Shown here in pieces: positions 50,497 to 64,000 of a stretch of 64,000 nt of DNA. Under the pieces are notes generated by a model, which saw only the letters and a program-made list of their open reading frames with translations, made no database searches and was not told the DNA's origin. This stretch comes from Hydrolagus colliei (lineage: Eukaryota), in the NCBI GenBank assembly GCA_035084275.1, contig CM068742.1, forward strand, positions 18,476,001 to 18,540,000, in the 5' to 3' direction. Position 1 is the stretch's first letter. Every line of letters begins with the position of its first letter. Both the position numbers and the translations under genes were made by a program.

Positions 50497-51160
50497 TGTG
50501 ATATATACATATATATTTGAGACATATGATCAATCACATATGATGGAAGCTGGTTGTGACTACCTTCAAGAAGAAACAGAAGACTGTTTATCAACAACAA
50601 AAGGTTTTCAGTCCTTATCAGTAATTTTCTCATGGAAAAAATGGTCTGCAGCTGGAAAGGGAGCTGTGTTGCATTTGTTTTTACAAAGGAACCATCTTGC
50701 AAAAGACAATAGGTGAAAGGTCATCTAATGAACTGTATAAACGGAGATCGATTTGAAAGGGAATCAGAAGAAAGAATTGATACCTAGAAGAAACTATTGA
50801 AAGGGATCGAATTCGATGTACAATAAGAGAATGGGATGTCCCATGATACCTGGATACTTTTGAATAACGGAACGTACAATACCTGGAAATGTTTGGATAT
50901 TGAACTGGAAACCATACAACAATACTTGGATACCTTTTGGTGGATTTATGTTTGGATTAAAATGGATATTAAATTGGACATTGCTATTCTATTCTCCCCA
51001 GCATTTGGTTTGGTCAACGTACATCGTTGTGAACTATGTGTCTATACTTAAGCATGGTTGTGATGTGTTCTTGTAAATACTTATAACCAGTATTAATCTG
51101 AATTAATAAACTTTTTTAGTTCAACATTTGTGTCTGTCCTTACTTCACAGCAGCATCACA
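50497..51160 (+). mobile_element. Probable solo LTR
   Basis: Ends TGTGAT...ATCACA (TG/CA with a 6-bp inverted terminus). AATAAA lies ~50 bp before the 3' end. The flanks TATT / AATT are an imperfect TSD. Confidence 0.55.
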
Positions 51161-51314
51161 AATTTAAATCAACCCTTCCAACAGAATATGCACTGGGAAA
51201 CCAAAAAAGGCCATTTTATTACAGGTATAAAAACTGTAAAAATTAACCCTATATAACTGAAATAAATGCATTGCAATTTTAGTTTACATGTTTATTTTAC
51301 TATTAGTTTATTAG

Positions 51315-51578
51315 CCTCTGTTTACCTATCAGTAAGTAGGAACATGGTTGTTAGTCATTTGGCGGATCGCTTTTTTGGGAGTAATAATTGCTCCGAAAAT
51401 AAATAAATAAAATTTGTCACTCAATCTACAATAGTTTGTGGGACTGCTGTGTGGAATTGGTTGTTGCATTTTGCCCACAAAATACACAGTCAATCCACTT
51501 TACAGTACCTTCTGTGAACCTCTTTAGAGGTCTCACTTACGTGATAAGGCCCTAAATCAAATGCAAGGATTATTATTA
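51315..51578 (+). mobile_element. Long-variant SINE, headless
   Basis: Central segment and tail. Confidence 0.78.
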
Positions 51579-54500
51579 GTTGCAATATAATCCTTTGTTT
51601 TAATCCTCTAACTCACTGAGGCATTTTGACATGATAGACGTTGTATGAAAAGTAAGTTATTTTATTTGTTAGTATTATTTCTCAAATGGTGTGATTATTT
51701 TAATTAAAAAAGTATATTTTATATGTTCAATGTTCCATACATTCCTTCTTTTCTAATATTTTGAGTGAAAAAGCTTTACCTGTTTCCTAGTGTCGCTGGG
51801 ATCCACTGTGTATTTTGAAACTGTCTCCAATATTGGCTTCAGATTGGCTGGTAAATGCTAAAAACAAGCTCTGCAGGTTGTTTTTAGCCATTTGGGACTT
51901 AGAAGAATAAACTCAGTCAGATCATGCCATTGAAGCAATCAGGTCAATCCTTACATGTCTTCTTGAGGTCAACACATTGTGCTCCAGTCTCGCAACAAGA
52001 TAACTAGCAGGGAAACCCTGTTCAAACAAGTTATTTCAATGGCGGTATCCTGGGGTTAAAAACCACTGGAGCTTTGCGCTTTTAAGTTAGATCATCTGAA
52101 TATCTTGATTAGATAATAGCTCTGTGACACAATGCCAAACATCCATTGTACAGTATAGTGATGATTATTAAAGTCAGCATTGTATGTATTTCAAAGTGTC
52201 AATAGAACCCACTTGTTTTTTTTTGTTCTTTCATATTTTTAGAAAGAAATGTTTAATCCATTGTATACCATGTTGTACAAGCTGGACTGTTGCCCCGTAA
52301 TAATCCAATACAAACAAGAACGACCACAAAATTACATTTGTATTGTGCCTTTCACATCAGGAAAGGTGTTGGGTGGACGTCCTAAGGCAATAATAATAAT
52401 AATAATCCTTGAATTTAATGCAACACCTTTAATGTGAGGAAGATATCTCAAAGCACTTCACGGCACATAATATAAAATTTTGGACTATAGATAGTGTGTG
52501 TATGTACTGTATTTTGTGGGTGAACATAATACCACAGCATAGGGATTTTAGAAATCTATATCCCTGTGCGTTGAGATTACTCCTAATAAAATGTTTACTC
52601 TAATGCAAAATAAACAAAAAGATAGGACTGAGATTAAGCAAGTTCCATACGAACTCCAAAAAAACCCTGATGCTTTGAAACAGCATTGATTATTGGTTTC
52701 AATTATTATAAGCATTTTGTAATTTTTTGGACAGGTTAGTTTCATTAATTTTGCCAACACATTCCCCAGTGAGGTGCTCTACATTGTCATATTGAAATTA
52801 CTTTCACAATTCTGAAGCATCTAAATCCACATGGACATCCACTAGCAACACCATAGCTTGCACACATTGAGATTGATTCAAAGACCCTGAACCATTGCTA
52901 TTCTGTAGTTCCTGCATCCAGTTGCTGTTTTGCAGCAGCCTTGGAAAGTCATAATTCACAACTGTTCTTTATTTAATTCCTCTAAATTCAATTGGATTCC
53001 AGTAGTAGGTAACTAAACTAGTTGATGAGTTGATGCAAACACTTATTGGCGCGGTCAAAATTATAATTTAGGATTCTTGCTTAACTGGTAACCCTTATTT
53101 CTCCATAATAATTGATAAGCAAATAATGAATTTAACAAAAACATGTATTTAAGTAAGTCTCATATTTGTTAACTGTGTTGTTAGAAACATATTACAGTTA
53201 CTTGCTTCATAAAAATGGTCTCAAATCAGGATTTGAAAGCTATATATTTATTTAACTACCGATAATCACAATTACTAAAAGAATAGCTCAAATTGCCATT
53301 ATCAATGGAAAATTATATTGGTTTCAATATGTTAGATAACTCAAATATTAAAAAACAATCAACAATAAAGCATATTGCCCCCTTATTAAATCTGGTAAAA
53401 ATTTTGAGGATTAAAATTGATTCACAGTAATTTAAAATATGATTTGTTTAATATATATATATATATTAATAGGACATGTTATTGCAATCTTGCCTAGTAG
53501 TTAAAGGTAGATGCTATTTCCTTATTAACATCTTGATGAATGTTATTAATTTGACTTCCTTTGCCAAAGTGCCCCTTTTAAACCTTCTTGAATCAATAGA
53601 AATCCAGATCTGAATTGCCTCAGCACTCACAGCACCATCAGTTCCATTGAATTGAAGATTTAAATTAATTTCTTTCAAAGTACTACAATGTGACTTACAG
53701 CACAGATGTCAAATCTACCAAGCGGTTCACACATTCTCAGTCAAACAACCAACACAGAAAGGAAGTAGGGTTGAATCTACAATAGTATTTCTCATTTTAA
53801 TGCAGATTGTTGAAATCATAGCCATCACAGTTAGAAGTCTCAATCAGAGAAAGTGGGAAATCAGTTTAAGAGACTTTTATTAAGAGGCTTTATTAGCAAG
53901 CAGAAAACAAAAGGTAAGTTACATTTTTTTTGTGTGATGCAAAGTGACAAAACGGAGAAAGAAATGCTGAACTTTTAAAGGGATTAAATTAAAAATTGAC
54001 AAAGAATGTTTAATCAGACATTGAAGCAAAAACACACAGCGAGTTCAGTAAAATTGCAAGATGTCTGTTTAATTATTTTTGTGTGTTCCAATCTTCTTCT
54101 CCACTTACTAATATAATTGTACAAATATATTTGTGGAGGCAAACAACAATCTAATAACAATGCATTGTTGAATGCACAACAGCAGTTCTATAATATCAAG
54201 GGTTGTTTTTTTTACTGATTGCTGGATTTTTCCAGATATCTTTCTTCCATTATACGTGTTGCCATGCAGCAGGCTGCTGTGTTGTGTCTGAGCACACACC
54301 AGCACTGACCTTTGCTGTAAGATGCACTATAGGCAGCACAAACTCTCACATCAATTTACCAGGATTGGATGTGGCATCTTGTGGTTAATTTGATTTAGGA
54401 AAAGATGCACCTGGCCCTCCATTTCCCCAAGGGTTGGGGAGGGGGTCTGGGGCCTACAGACGTCATCCATCTGAGTGGCCCATGTGTCGTCCAAGTGCTG

Positions 54501-54910
54501 AGCAGTTCATCTTCATTCTCCAACTTTTAACCCTTATTATACAGATGGCAGTCCCAGTTCGTACAGGTTTTTATTTTTTCCTTGATGATTTCTGATACTC
54601 AGGTTTGATGATAAAGGCAGGGCAAATACAACAACAACATCAACAACAACAACAGTTTGCAGTTACATAGCGCCCTTCACATGGTGCTGTCTCTCATAGA
54701 GCTGAATACAGGCATTCATGAACATTTACACATGAGGTCAACAAATGATAAAGGGCATTAAACCTCTGGTTGAATCTCTGAATCTTTGGAGGATGAAAGA
54801 AGAATGGTCTTATAAGGGACTGAAATTGTAGGTGGCAGAATGGAAGTTATTGAAATGTAACATGCTTTGATTATCTCTGCTGTCTTTATATAATTTTCAC
54901 ACACATATTT

Positions 54911-54946
<36 letters not shown>

Positions 54947-56126
54947 TATACACATATATATGCCAAAGTAAATTATAAAGCAGTAATCCAATGATGGGCT
55001 TTATGTGGTGTCAAGAACTGCTGAGAGTGATACCTGAATGGTATGTCAACAACATGAACCCCAAGATTGGATTAGTGATTTAGTGGATCAGGAAGCAATA
55101 GTTACTATGGTTGATAAGGAAAAAAAAAGTCCCTAAATAAATTGGTTTCCTTACCTTGGTGATCTATTAGTTGTCTGCTACTGTTTGAGGATGGAAGCAG
55201 TGATGTATGACACAACAGAAGGCTATTACTGATTCAGTGGAGCCTTGATTATCCACTATAATGGAGAGAATAATTGATATTGGTGGGTTATCAAGGACTC
55301 ATATGCTCGCTGGTTTCCGCTTCATCTACAGATACAGTGCTACCACCTAGTGGGAACTGAGGTGGTGAGGTGAGTAGACGATAGTAATGGAAGGGAAATC
55401 GCTTTCTGTACTAGAAGAGGCAATATTGATTGGTTTGTGGGAAAATAGTTACCTTTATTTACTGCATTCAAAGACCTATTCAAATTAACAGTTTGAAAAG
55501 AGCAGTACAACAGTAACCATCTTAGAAAATTCACTTCCACAACATCAAAATATGTAGTTCAAAGAAAAGCAGTGATTCTGTAACACCATTGAAAGGTGAA
55601 TACAAATACTCTTGTTACTTTTTACTGGTTCATTTATTTATTTGACTTTTTACATTACTTGATGCAATACATCAACTGTGAAGAAAGCAGGAATGTGTTA
55701 AAACATTGCCTGACGAAATGAGTGGCAGCTTAGAATGGAATGGTGAGAGTGGGAACATAATCGGGGAAAGTGGGAGGAGAAATGGGAATTTGGATATACT
55801 GTAATAGGAATACAGTAACATATGAATAAGGAGCAGGAGTAGGCCATTCGACCCCTCAAGCCTGCCCCGCCATTCAATAAGATCATGGCTGATCTAATCT
55901 AACTCCATCTGCCCGGCTTATCCTCATATTCCTTAATCCCTCTATCCATAAGAAATCTATCAATTTCAGTCTTGAATATGTTAGTTTGGAGAAGAGAATT
56001 CCATAAATCCACTACCCTCTGAGTGAAGAAGTGTTTCCTCAACTTTGATGGAAAAGGCTGACTCTTAATCTTAAAACTGTGACCCCTAGTTATAGATTCT
56101 ACTACCAGGGGAAACAGTCACCCATT

Positions 56127-56964
56127 AGATGGTAGCTAACTTTCTACAGTTGAATGTCAACAAGGCCTATTGATTGGCTCACTCCAGTGCCTTCAAGCAT
56201 CAGGCGCTAGCAGCATTAACCTCCATGGTTGCATGCTCAACCTCACCAAGCCAGTCAGGAACCTAGGTGTCTTGTTTGACCCTACATCCAAGCAATGACT
56301 CACTTGGCCTTTCTCCATCTCCTCGACATTGCCCGACTCCGCCATTATCTCACCTCTAAAGCTGCTAAAACCCTCATCCACGCCTTCATTACATCCCAGT
56401 TTGACTATGCAAATGCCCTGCTGGTCGGCCTTCCAACTTCCTCCCTCCACAGGTTGCAGATAATCCAGAACTCTGCGGCCCATGTCCTCTACTGTTCCAA
56501 ACTCCGTGACCCCATCTCGCCCATCCATGCCTGACTCCATTGGCACCCTGTCATCCAGAGGATCCAATTCAAGATCCTGGTCCTCATATTTATCTGGCCT
56601 CCACACCTCACCCCACCCTATATCCATGACCTCCTATCCCCTTACCAACCTGCCCACCTCCTCCACTCAGTAGGCCTTGCTCCACATTCCTCAACCCACT
56701 CACCCCACCATTGACAGGTGAGCCTTCAGCCACTCTGCCCCCAACCTCTGGAACTCCAGCCCGCAGTCCCTCCACCTCGTTCCTTTCCTGGCCTCCTTCA
56801 AGTCTCACCTCAAGACTTTGATGGACCCATCGGCAACTCCTAATAGCCCCTTCCCTCCTCCTGCCCCACTCTGCTCACCCCGTTCTGAAATAGTATCTGT
56901 CCAGTACCTTGGGACGTCCTCCTAACATGAAAGGCACTCTACAAATGTAATTTTGTTGTTGTTG
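56127..56964 (+). mobile_element. L2 LINE 3' fragment
   Basis: AAKTLIHAFITSQFDYANALLVGLP...LQIIQNSAA, with an L2 tail ending TTGTTGTTG. Confidence 0.9.
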
Positions 56965-56969
56965 ATTGA

Positions 56970-58150
56970 TTCCAGTCATACCTCTCACACCACCTTCACT
57001 TTGTCTTGTCTCCTCCAATGGCTTCTCCTCCAGCTCCCGCACAGTCTCATGCGGCATTCCCCAGCGCTCTGTCATTGGCCCCCTCTTCTTCACCCTCTAC
57101 ATGCTCCCCCCAGTGACATCATCCGCAGACATGGGGTAAATTTTCACATATATGTGGATGACACCCAACTCTACCTTTCCGCTTCCACCTTCGAATCCAG
57201 GACTACTGGCATTCTGACTGCGTTTCTGTCCGACATTGAGTCCTGGACGAGGGACAACTTCCTCCAACTAAACGTCAACAAGACGGAGGCCCTCCTGATT
57301 GGCTCACATCAGCGACTCTGCACCTCAGGCGCTGGCAACGTAAGCATGCAAGGCTGTACTCTCCATCTCTTGAAGCCAGTCAGGAATCTGGGCATCTTGT
57401 TCAACCCTGAACTGTCCTTCCTCCCCCAAATCTGCTCCATGACAGTAACTGCCTTACACCACCTCAGGAACATTGCCAGACTCTCCACTACCTCACCCAT
57501 CCAGCCAAAATACTTGTCCACTCATTCATCACATCAAGGCTAGAGGAACTCTCTACGGGAACTCTTCCTCGTCAGCCTTCCCAGCTCCTCCCTTCACAAG
57601 CTGCAGATTATTCAGAACTCTGCAGCTCAGGTACTCTCCCGCACCAGGCTCCATGACCACATCACTCCCAACCTTGTCCATCTCCAATGGCTCCTCATCC
57701 CCAGAGAATCGAATTCAAGATCCTCGTCCTCACTTTGAAGGCCATTCACGACCTTGTCCCCGCCTATCTCTCTGACCTGCTGTCTCCCTATCAGCCTGCC
57801 CGCCCCTGCCGTTCAGTGGACTCTGGCCTGCTCCATGTTTCCCGCCCGAACCACCCCACCATCAGTGACTCGGCTTTCAGCCTCTGCCCCCACACTCTGG
57901 AACTCCATCCCGTAATCCCTTTGCCTCACTTCCTCCCTTTCCTCCTTCAAAGCCGGTCTCAAGACCTTCCTCTTCGACTGTGCCTTCTGCTGTCCTCCTA
58001 ACTCTCCCCACTTTCCTACTCTCCTTTCCCCTTCCCCAACCCCAACCCTAACCCCCCTACTCGGGTCCCGACCTAACTGTTCAGTGCCTTTGGGACATCC
58101 TCCCTATGTAAAAGGCACTCTATATATGTAATTTTGTTGTTGTTGTTGTT
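56970..58150 (+). mobile_element. L2 LINE fragment including the RT core
   Basis: IIRRHGVNFHIYVDDTQLY, LQLNVNKTEALLIG, VRNLGILF, with a (TTG)n tail. Confidence 0.92.
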
Positions 58151-58440
58151 AAGAATCTTATCGGTTTCTATAAGATCAATTCTTCTATTTTCTAGTGATT
58201 ATAGGCCTAGTTTACTCAATCTATCCTTGTAGGTCAACCCCTCATCCCAGGAACCAACCTAGTGAATCTATGCTGCACCCCCTCTAAGGTGAGTAAGTCC
58301 TTTCTTAAATAAGGAGACCAAAACTGCACACAATATTCTAGATATTGCAATTGAACTGCAAACAGGAGTCAGGTGTCACTCTTCATTCCAGAGTGCTGGC
58401 TGGCGTTTAGTCGACTTCTGGATCACTATAATAATACTAC

Positions 58441-59016
58441 TAATAATAATCCTTGCATTTGATTTAGCGCTTTTCACAGCTTCTAGATGACTCAAAGCAC
58501 TTCACAGCATTTACTGTAAAGTGAATTGACACTATATATGTGGGTGAAATGTGGCAGGCAATTGCATACAGCAGTGTCAAACAAACATTCGTGGATTGAA
58601 ATAACCAATTGTTTTGAGGCATTATTATTAGGCATGTAGAAGAAGGAAACTTGCGCAAGGTTGAACCCAGGTCTCTTGCTTGAAGGCAAGTGCTCTAACC
58701 ACTGAGCTACAGGACTCCAACATACATTACTTTCTGTACATGTGCAGCACAGCAGGACATGATGTCAGCAGCAAATTTTATTCACTTCAGCTTCCTGCAT
58801 CAAAAGAAAAAAATGGCTGGCCGGCCGGTTAGCAAACAGGAAGTGTTGCTGGCCATGATCTGATGACCTGGAAGTCATCAATTTTTAATGTGGGAACTGG
58901 CAATTGTGCAGGGAGCTCGGCTCACTACACATAGTAAGGCTCTGAAACCGAAATCCAGTTTTAAGGAAATCTGTACAGTATCCGGTCAAAAGCATTGACT
59001 GGATATCAAACGTTTT
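58441..59016 (-). mobile_element. Composite element, copy B (inverse of 18588-19160)
   Basis: SINE tail at 58441, head ending at 58718, then the same ~300-bp module. Confidence 0.85.
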
Positions 59017-59409
59017 TTATTGCAATTTTCAATCTTCCGTATAGTGGCCTTTGGTTTGAATTGCTCTGGAGCACGTGCACACAGCCCAACCACTTCCTGC
59101 ATTGTTGGCAAGGTTTTTTAAAAAATATCGTGACCCACTTTAATATAATATATTTTATTCATTTAGAATGTCTGAACAACTTTCTAGCAACTATCAACCA
59201 CCAGCAGTAAATCAATGAGTTTGTAGTGCTTTTTTTCTCGGCAGGGTTGCAACAGTCTGCAATTTGACCCCCTAGAGCCCAGTTTTGAGAAACTGGAAAG
59301 TTGATAACGCAAATAGGCAGTGAGGCAACATGTTGCACCTCGCTATGATGTATGTTGGGATTTTATGAATCTCAAACTCTACATTGTAAGCAGGTTCTAC
59401 TGTATTTGC

Positions 59410-60090
59410 CCGTGAATTGAACCCAGGTCTTCTCACTTGCGAGGCGAATGCCCCAACCACTAAGCTATAGGTCACAACAGTACTTCAAGGAAATAGGTTA
59501 GGTCAGTTTATTATCGTACACGCCTCTCTTTACCCAGCAGTAAATAGGAATCTGAATGTTAGACGATTGGCAGATCGCTTTTCCAGGGATAAGGATTCCT
59601 TATCTTAAAAAAATTGGTCACAATCCATGACTGCTTGTTGGACACCACTGTGCACAATTGGCTGCTGAGTTTTGCATACAAAATGTACAGTCAATTCACT
59701 TTACATATTTTGTGAAGCGTTTTGGAACATCTCGAAGACGTGATAAGGCACTACATCAAATGCAAGCAATATTATTATTATGATTACTTTCAGCAGCCTC
59801 TTGACGTAAAGGACCTATGTAAATGTAATTTGTTGTTGTTGCTCAACATGAAAAGCTATGCAAAAGTGCAATTTATTTGTTCGTTTCAATCATGTGAAGA
59901 ACTTTTGAGATATCCTCCCAAATTACATAAAAGATGTGATATTAATAATAATATAAAAATAATAATCCTTGCATTTGATATAGTGCTTTTCACATCTTAT
60001 CGATGTCTCAAAACGCTTCAAAGAATATACTGTAAAGTGAATTGGCTGTATATTTGTGGGTGGATTAAATGCAAGGATTATTATTATTGT
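59410..60090. mobile_element. Cluster of SINE pieces in both orientations
   Basis: Minus-strand head 59410-59470, plus-strand long-variant body 59515-59782 and minus-strand tail 59955-60060. Confidence 0.75.
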
Positions 60091-62179
60091 GACTAGTGGT
60101 TGAAAAATATAATGTCTCTTAACATATTTGATATGTTAATAAATGTGCTAGATGTATCGCAAATTTCCACAAAATCCTGTAGTGTAGCCATTTTGGTTTG
60201 GACCAAAACATTTTCCAAGATTATCATTGCCACTTTCTTAGTTTCCCGCTATTGGCCATGATCTTGGTCCCAGCGTGCCTCACGGGAGAACAGTTTAACC
60301 TTATCTGACATAGGATGGTATCATGTGAAGCAGCAATGAACAGCAACAACAATATAACAACAAAATTACACTTGTATAGCAATGCCGTGCTAAAATGTTG
60401 GGGTTCAATCATTGTATCTAGTTGGGTGGTGGTGCGAGGATGTCCATATCCTCTGATTTCAACGCAGTGGTTGCACCTTGGGATTCTGGATGGAAGCAGC
60501 AAACACCCCGATTTGCAAGTACATTTGTGCAGGTTACACCCTGTACATTGCAACGCCAATGAGCAAAAGTCTCTATTGTTCTGATGAATTACATAGCTAT
60601 TTCTTGCTGATGTCAGCGCCCAGGCTCTTAGAACTAGATGCAGATCAATGCCAAAGTCAGTGGGGATCATACTGGTCTTTAGGAATAGGTGGGAAATTAC
60701 AATGGAGCTGTTAAAACACATATTTGCCATTCCTAGAGCACAAATATATGTACATTACATAGATACATTTTTCAATGTAAAATACAAATCATTTTACGTT
60801 GGTTGCATCTGGGACTATGTGACACCTGTTAGTAATATTATTTTGCGCTTCACTGTCTGAACACTAAAGTCTGCAGTAGTGGGCATTGTTAATATTGTTT
60901 AGAATGCTAGCAAATTAATTGGCCTGTATGGAGGGAACGCTACTCAATATGATCAGTGGATTGCCTTACACAGAGAAACCTTACCAAAGTGATTTATTGA
61001 TAGATTAGGTTTTCCTCATTAGGGGAGCAGCATGTACCAAAGATGTGTTACTGGATATACTGGATATACTGAATTTTAATTATAATAATACTCGAAATCC
61101 TTTTGATATCTTGCCTTATCATATCATTGAAACATCTCAAAGCACTTCACAGGATAGACTGTAAAGTGAAATGCAGCATCCAATTTCTCGCAGCAACATC
61201 CCACAAATGGCCATGGTGTGAATAGTTAATTTCATTTTGGGGATTGTTGACCAGGATACTAGGAGAAACTCCCTTCTCTACATGTAGAACAGCTTTGTTT
61301 TTAGCCAGCCAGACCAGGAAACCCATCACCATCCCTACCAGACTGAGATGTCCTTACATGTCACCTACACTTTGAAATTCACTTGCCTGCACTGGAATGC
61401 ACTCTTTCTCCCTAGAGAAACTTGCCCCGTTTACCTAATTCTCAAGAATATTGGGCACAGGGTAGCAAGAGACGAGGCTTGGGGACCCCAGTGTACATAG
61501 TGGTCCTGCTAGCGTTTAACCAATCAAAACCACATGAATTGGTATCAATAGTACCAACTGGCAAGATTCCTGCTGCCTGTCTAACTTGGATCACCCTACC
61601 CATTAGGGTAACACATGGAACATATCCCCTGAGTAACATGTAGAACGTTACTCGGTCAATTCACTGATGGATTAACAAATGCAGAGAGTTGCATATAAAT
61701 GACTGCACAAATGAGATATTAGCCTGATGGCACGCTAATAGATTGGCTACTGAAGAGAAATTATTATTCAAGAGACACATTACTCAAATAGCTTTTACAA
61801 AAGAAATTGGTTTTCAGAAAGATTGTATTTGGATTAACTGGTAGCATGCCCTCACTCCAAAACACTGCATGAAGAGTGCTATATAAATGCATGTTGTTGT
61901 TGATGTTATAGTAAAGTTTGTGGAATTCAAAAATGTGTAGTTTCTTGTTAAAGCAACACAATAGAATAATGCAAATGTCACCCCATTTTGTTTCCCTCAA
62001 GCTTATTTTTTTAAGTAAGGAATCTATTGCACTTATATTAGAACCATTTGTTACAGTAAGTCAAGATTAAATACGGAACCTATATATTTTTGGAAAGATC
62101 CACCTTATTGAAAACATTCAACTGGTTCACAATGCCAAGGTTGGCAAATTTATCAGTAAGCAGAGATTAATTTTCTGCT

Positions 62180-62425
62180 GCTTCTTTTCGGATGAGACGT
62201 TAAATTGTCTGCTTACATTAAGGATCCCATGTCACTATTTGAAAAGGAAGTCATTTATCCCAGTATTCTGACTGACATTTCCACAAATAAAAAACACTGC
62301 TGTGCACAAATTGGCTGTGTTTGCCCACAAAACACACTTTACATTATATCCAGTGAAGTACTTTAAGATGTTTGGAGGATGTGAAAAGGCAGTATTTCAA
62401 ATGCAAGGATTATATTATATTATTA
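62180..62425 (+). mobile_element. DeuSINE-like element (Deu domain plus L2-type tail)
   Basis: TTTCGGATGAGACGTTAAA...TTAAGGATCCCATGTCACTATTTG resembles the Deu domain of AmnSINE1/SacSINE1 (recalled consensus). Confidence 0.65.
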
Positions 62426-62619
62426 TCTCTCATTTTTCTTGCATGCTCCTCTCGTTTGATTCTTTAGCTGGGTAAAGTTGTAAGAATACAAGATGACTTC
62501 TGATACCTCACCCAAGTATCTATTCTTTGTGTGTAAGCTAGGCAGTGAGTTCTTGCAGGATATTCAGCCACTGTAGCTATCCTTAGCTGCAACAAAATAC
62601 ATTACCTCCAATAGATAAC

Positions 62620-62990
62620 ATTAGCCTTCCCCACTCTTCTCTCCACAAGCTGCAGATAATTCAGAACTCTGCAGCTCATGTCCTCTCCACTACCATGCTC
62701 CGTGACCCTATCACCCCCATCCGGATCCACTGGATCCCCATCCCCTAGAGGATAAATTTCAAAATCCGTGTTCATGCCTTCAAAGCCTTCCACGGCCTTG
62801 CCCCTTCCTACCTCTGTAACGCCTTATCGACCTGCTCCACGTCCCCTACCCTGCCCACTCCACCATTGGTGGTTGAGCCTTCAGCCACTCTGCCTCCACC
62901 CTTTGGAACACCATCACACATTCCCTTCACCTCACTCCCTCCATTGCCTCCTTCAAAGGTATATCCCCACTAAGACCCTCTACTTCAATA
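62620..62990 (+). mobile_element. L2 3' fragment
   Basis: CTGCAGATAATTCAGAACTCTGCAGC and downstream L2 motifs shared with the other copies. Confidence 0.8.
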
Positions 62991-64000
62991 TACTACAGTG
63001 ACTTCAGCATCTCATCCTGCGTTTATTTTATCTGTTAAAAAAAAGACAAACTTTTGCCTGCCTCACTAAACCCACAGATTTTCGTTTCAACTTTATTTTA
63101 ACGATTGCCTGAAGCAATGTACTGCTGCCGCTGTGCACACTGTGACAATGGGTTATCATTGATGCACAATGCAGACAGTGCACCATGGATCATTTTAGTA
63201 TCTTGCTGGTGTTGACTTTAAAGTACATTGAACTCTTCTCTGCATCCTCTGTCTCAACATGACCCAGAAATGATGCATCACAGCAAATACTATGCTTTAA
63301 AATCTGTTGCTTTAATTGAGTGCTCCTAAATAGTGTTAGTAGCACAAGTTGTTGTGTTAATACTGTTTATCAGTAGTGCACCAATCATATCTTATCTTAT
63401 CTGCAGATTAAGCTATACTCAAACAGTAATAAGCTCTTGCCTCTGCAGTGTATAATTACATATATTTTTGGCTTCCTTACTCTTCAGATACAAGATATGC
63501 TATTTAAAGTCTATCCTCCTCAGTCTTCGCTGTTAAAAGCTCAAGACAAGCTGCACGTTTGTCTCTTCTAATACAAGTCTGAACCCTGCAGATCAGTTGT
63601 GCTACATAATAACACCACATGCTGTTGTCATCAAATGCGACTACATGTACTGCAGAGACATTAGGGAGACAGATAGGTACAAAAATAAACGGTGTCACGT
63701 GAAATTGTTTTTGTTTTTTTAATTTTTCTCTTCTTGTCAACAAAAGAGATGCCTTTTTAAATGCTAATAAATGACCTTTCGTTTGGATAATAAAGGATAG
63801 AGTGCTCCATATTATTTTGTTGCAAATTCTTCTTGATGTCATGTCCTGCAGCATGCACAGTTCAAGGTCAGATGAGGTTACTTTCATTTCAAATTTCCTG
63901 GAGTGATACAAGGTCAGCCCGCACTCTCCCCGCTTCCCATCACCAGCGGGATGACAACTTTCCTCGGATATGAGTTGCCCTTGATCTTACTATAATAGGC

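Larger units (their letters stand above)
55818..58345 (-). mobile_element. CR1 3' fragment split by two L2 insertions
   Basis: CR1 3' end (GGAGCAGGAGTAGGCCATTCG...) at 55818-56120, resuming at 58150-58345 (GACCAAAACTGCACACAATA, the YCVQFWSP region). Confidence 0.75.

Overview
This is vertebrate genomic DNA, most likely from a cartilaginous fish. The repeat complement suggests a holocephalan such as elephant shark, which is an inference. The window holds two convergent genes. The first is the 3' end of LIMCH1 on the + strand: 8 phase-consistent coding exons from 1205 to 13958, ending in the LIM domain and ...AGQPTTL*. The second is PHOX2B on the - strand: exon 1 CDS 31078-31318 and exon 2 29842-30029. 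PHOX2B exon 3 starts at 27090 (VWFQNR) and runs straight into a 200-N assembly gap, so the polyalanine-bearing C-terminus cannot be seen. PHOX2B sits in a CpG-rich, transposon-poor zone with many G/C homopolymers, and its promoter carries Pbx-Hox, Prep/Meis, CCAAT and PHOX2-type sites. The rest is intronic or intergenic DNA dense in tRNA-derived SINEs with L2-type tails, L2 and CR1 LINE fragments (one young CR1 with an open RT frame), two TA-flanked Tigger-like MITEs, a probable non-autonomous Helitron and a probable solo LTR. I see no prokaryote-type system. The best leads are: (1) a composite SINE with a ~300-bp 5' extension and a shared B-box deletion, present twice in inverted orientation on either side of PHOX2B; (2) candidate in-frame LIMCH1 microexons; (3) a 64-nt hairpin built from Helitron-like 5' ends; (4) a pentamer-based minisatellite and a poly-C acceptor in PHOX2B intron 2. 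Most ORFs in the supplied track are spurious.
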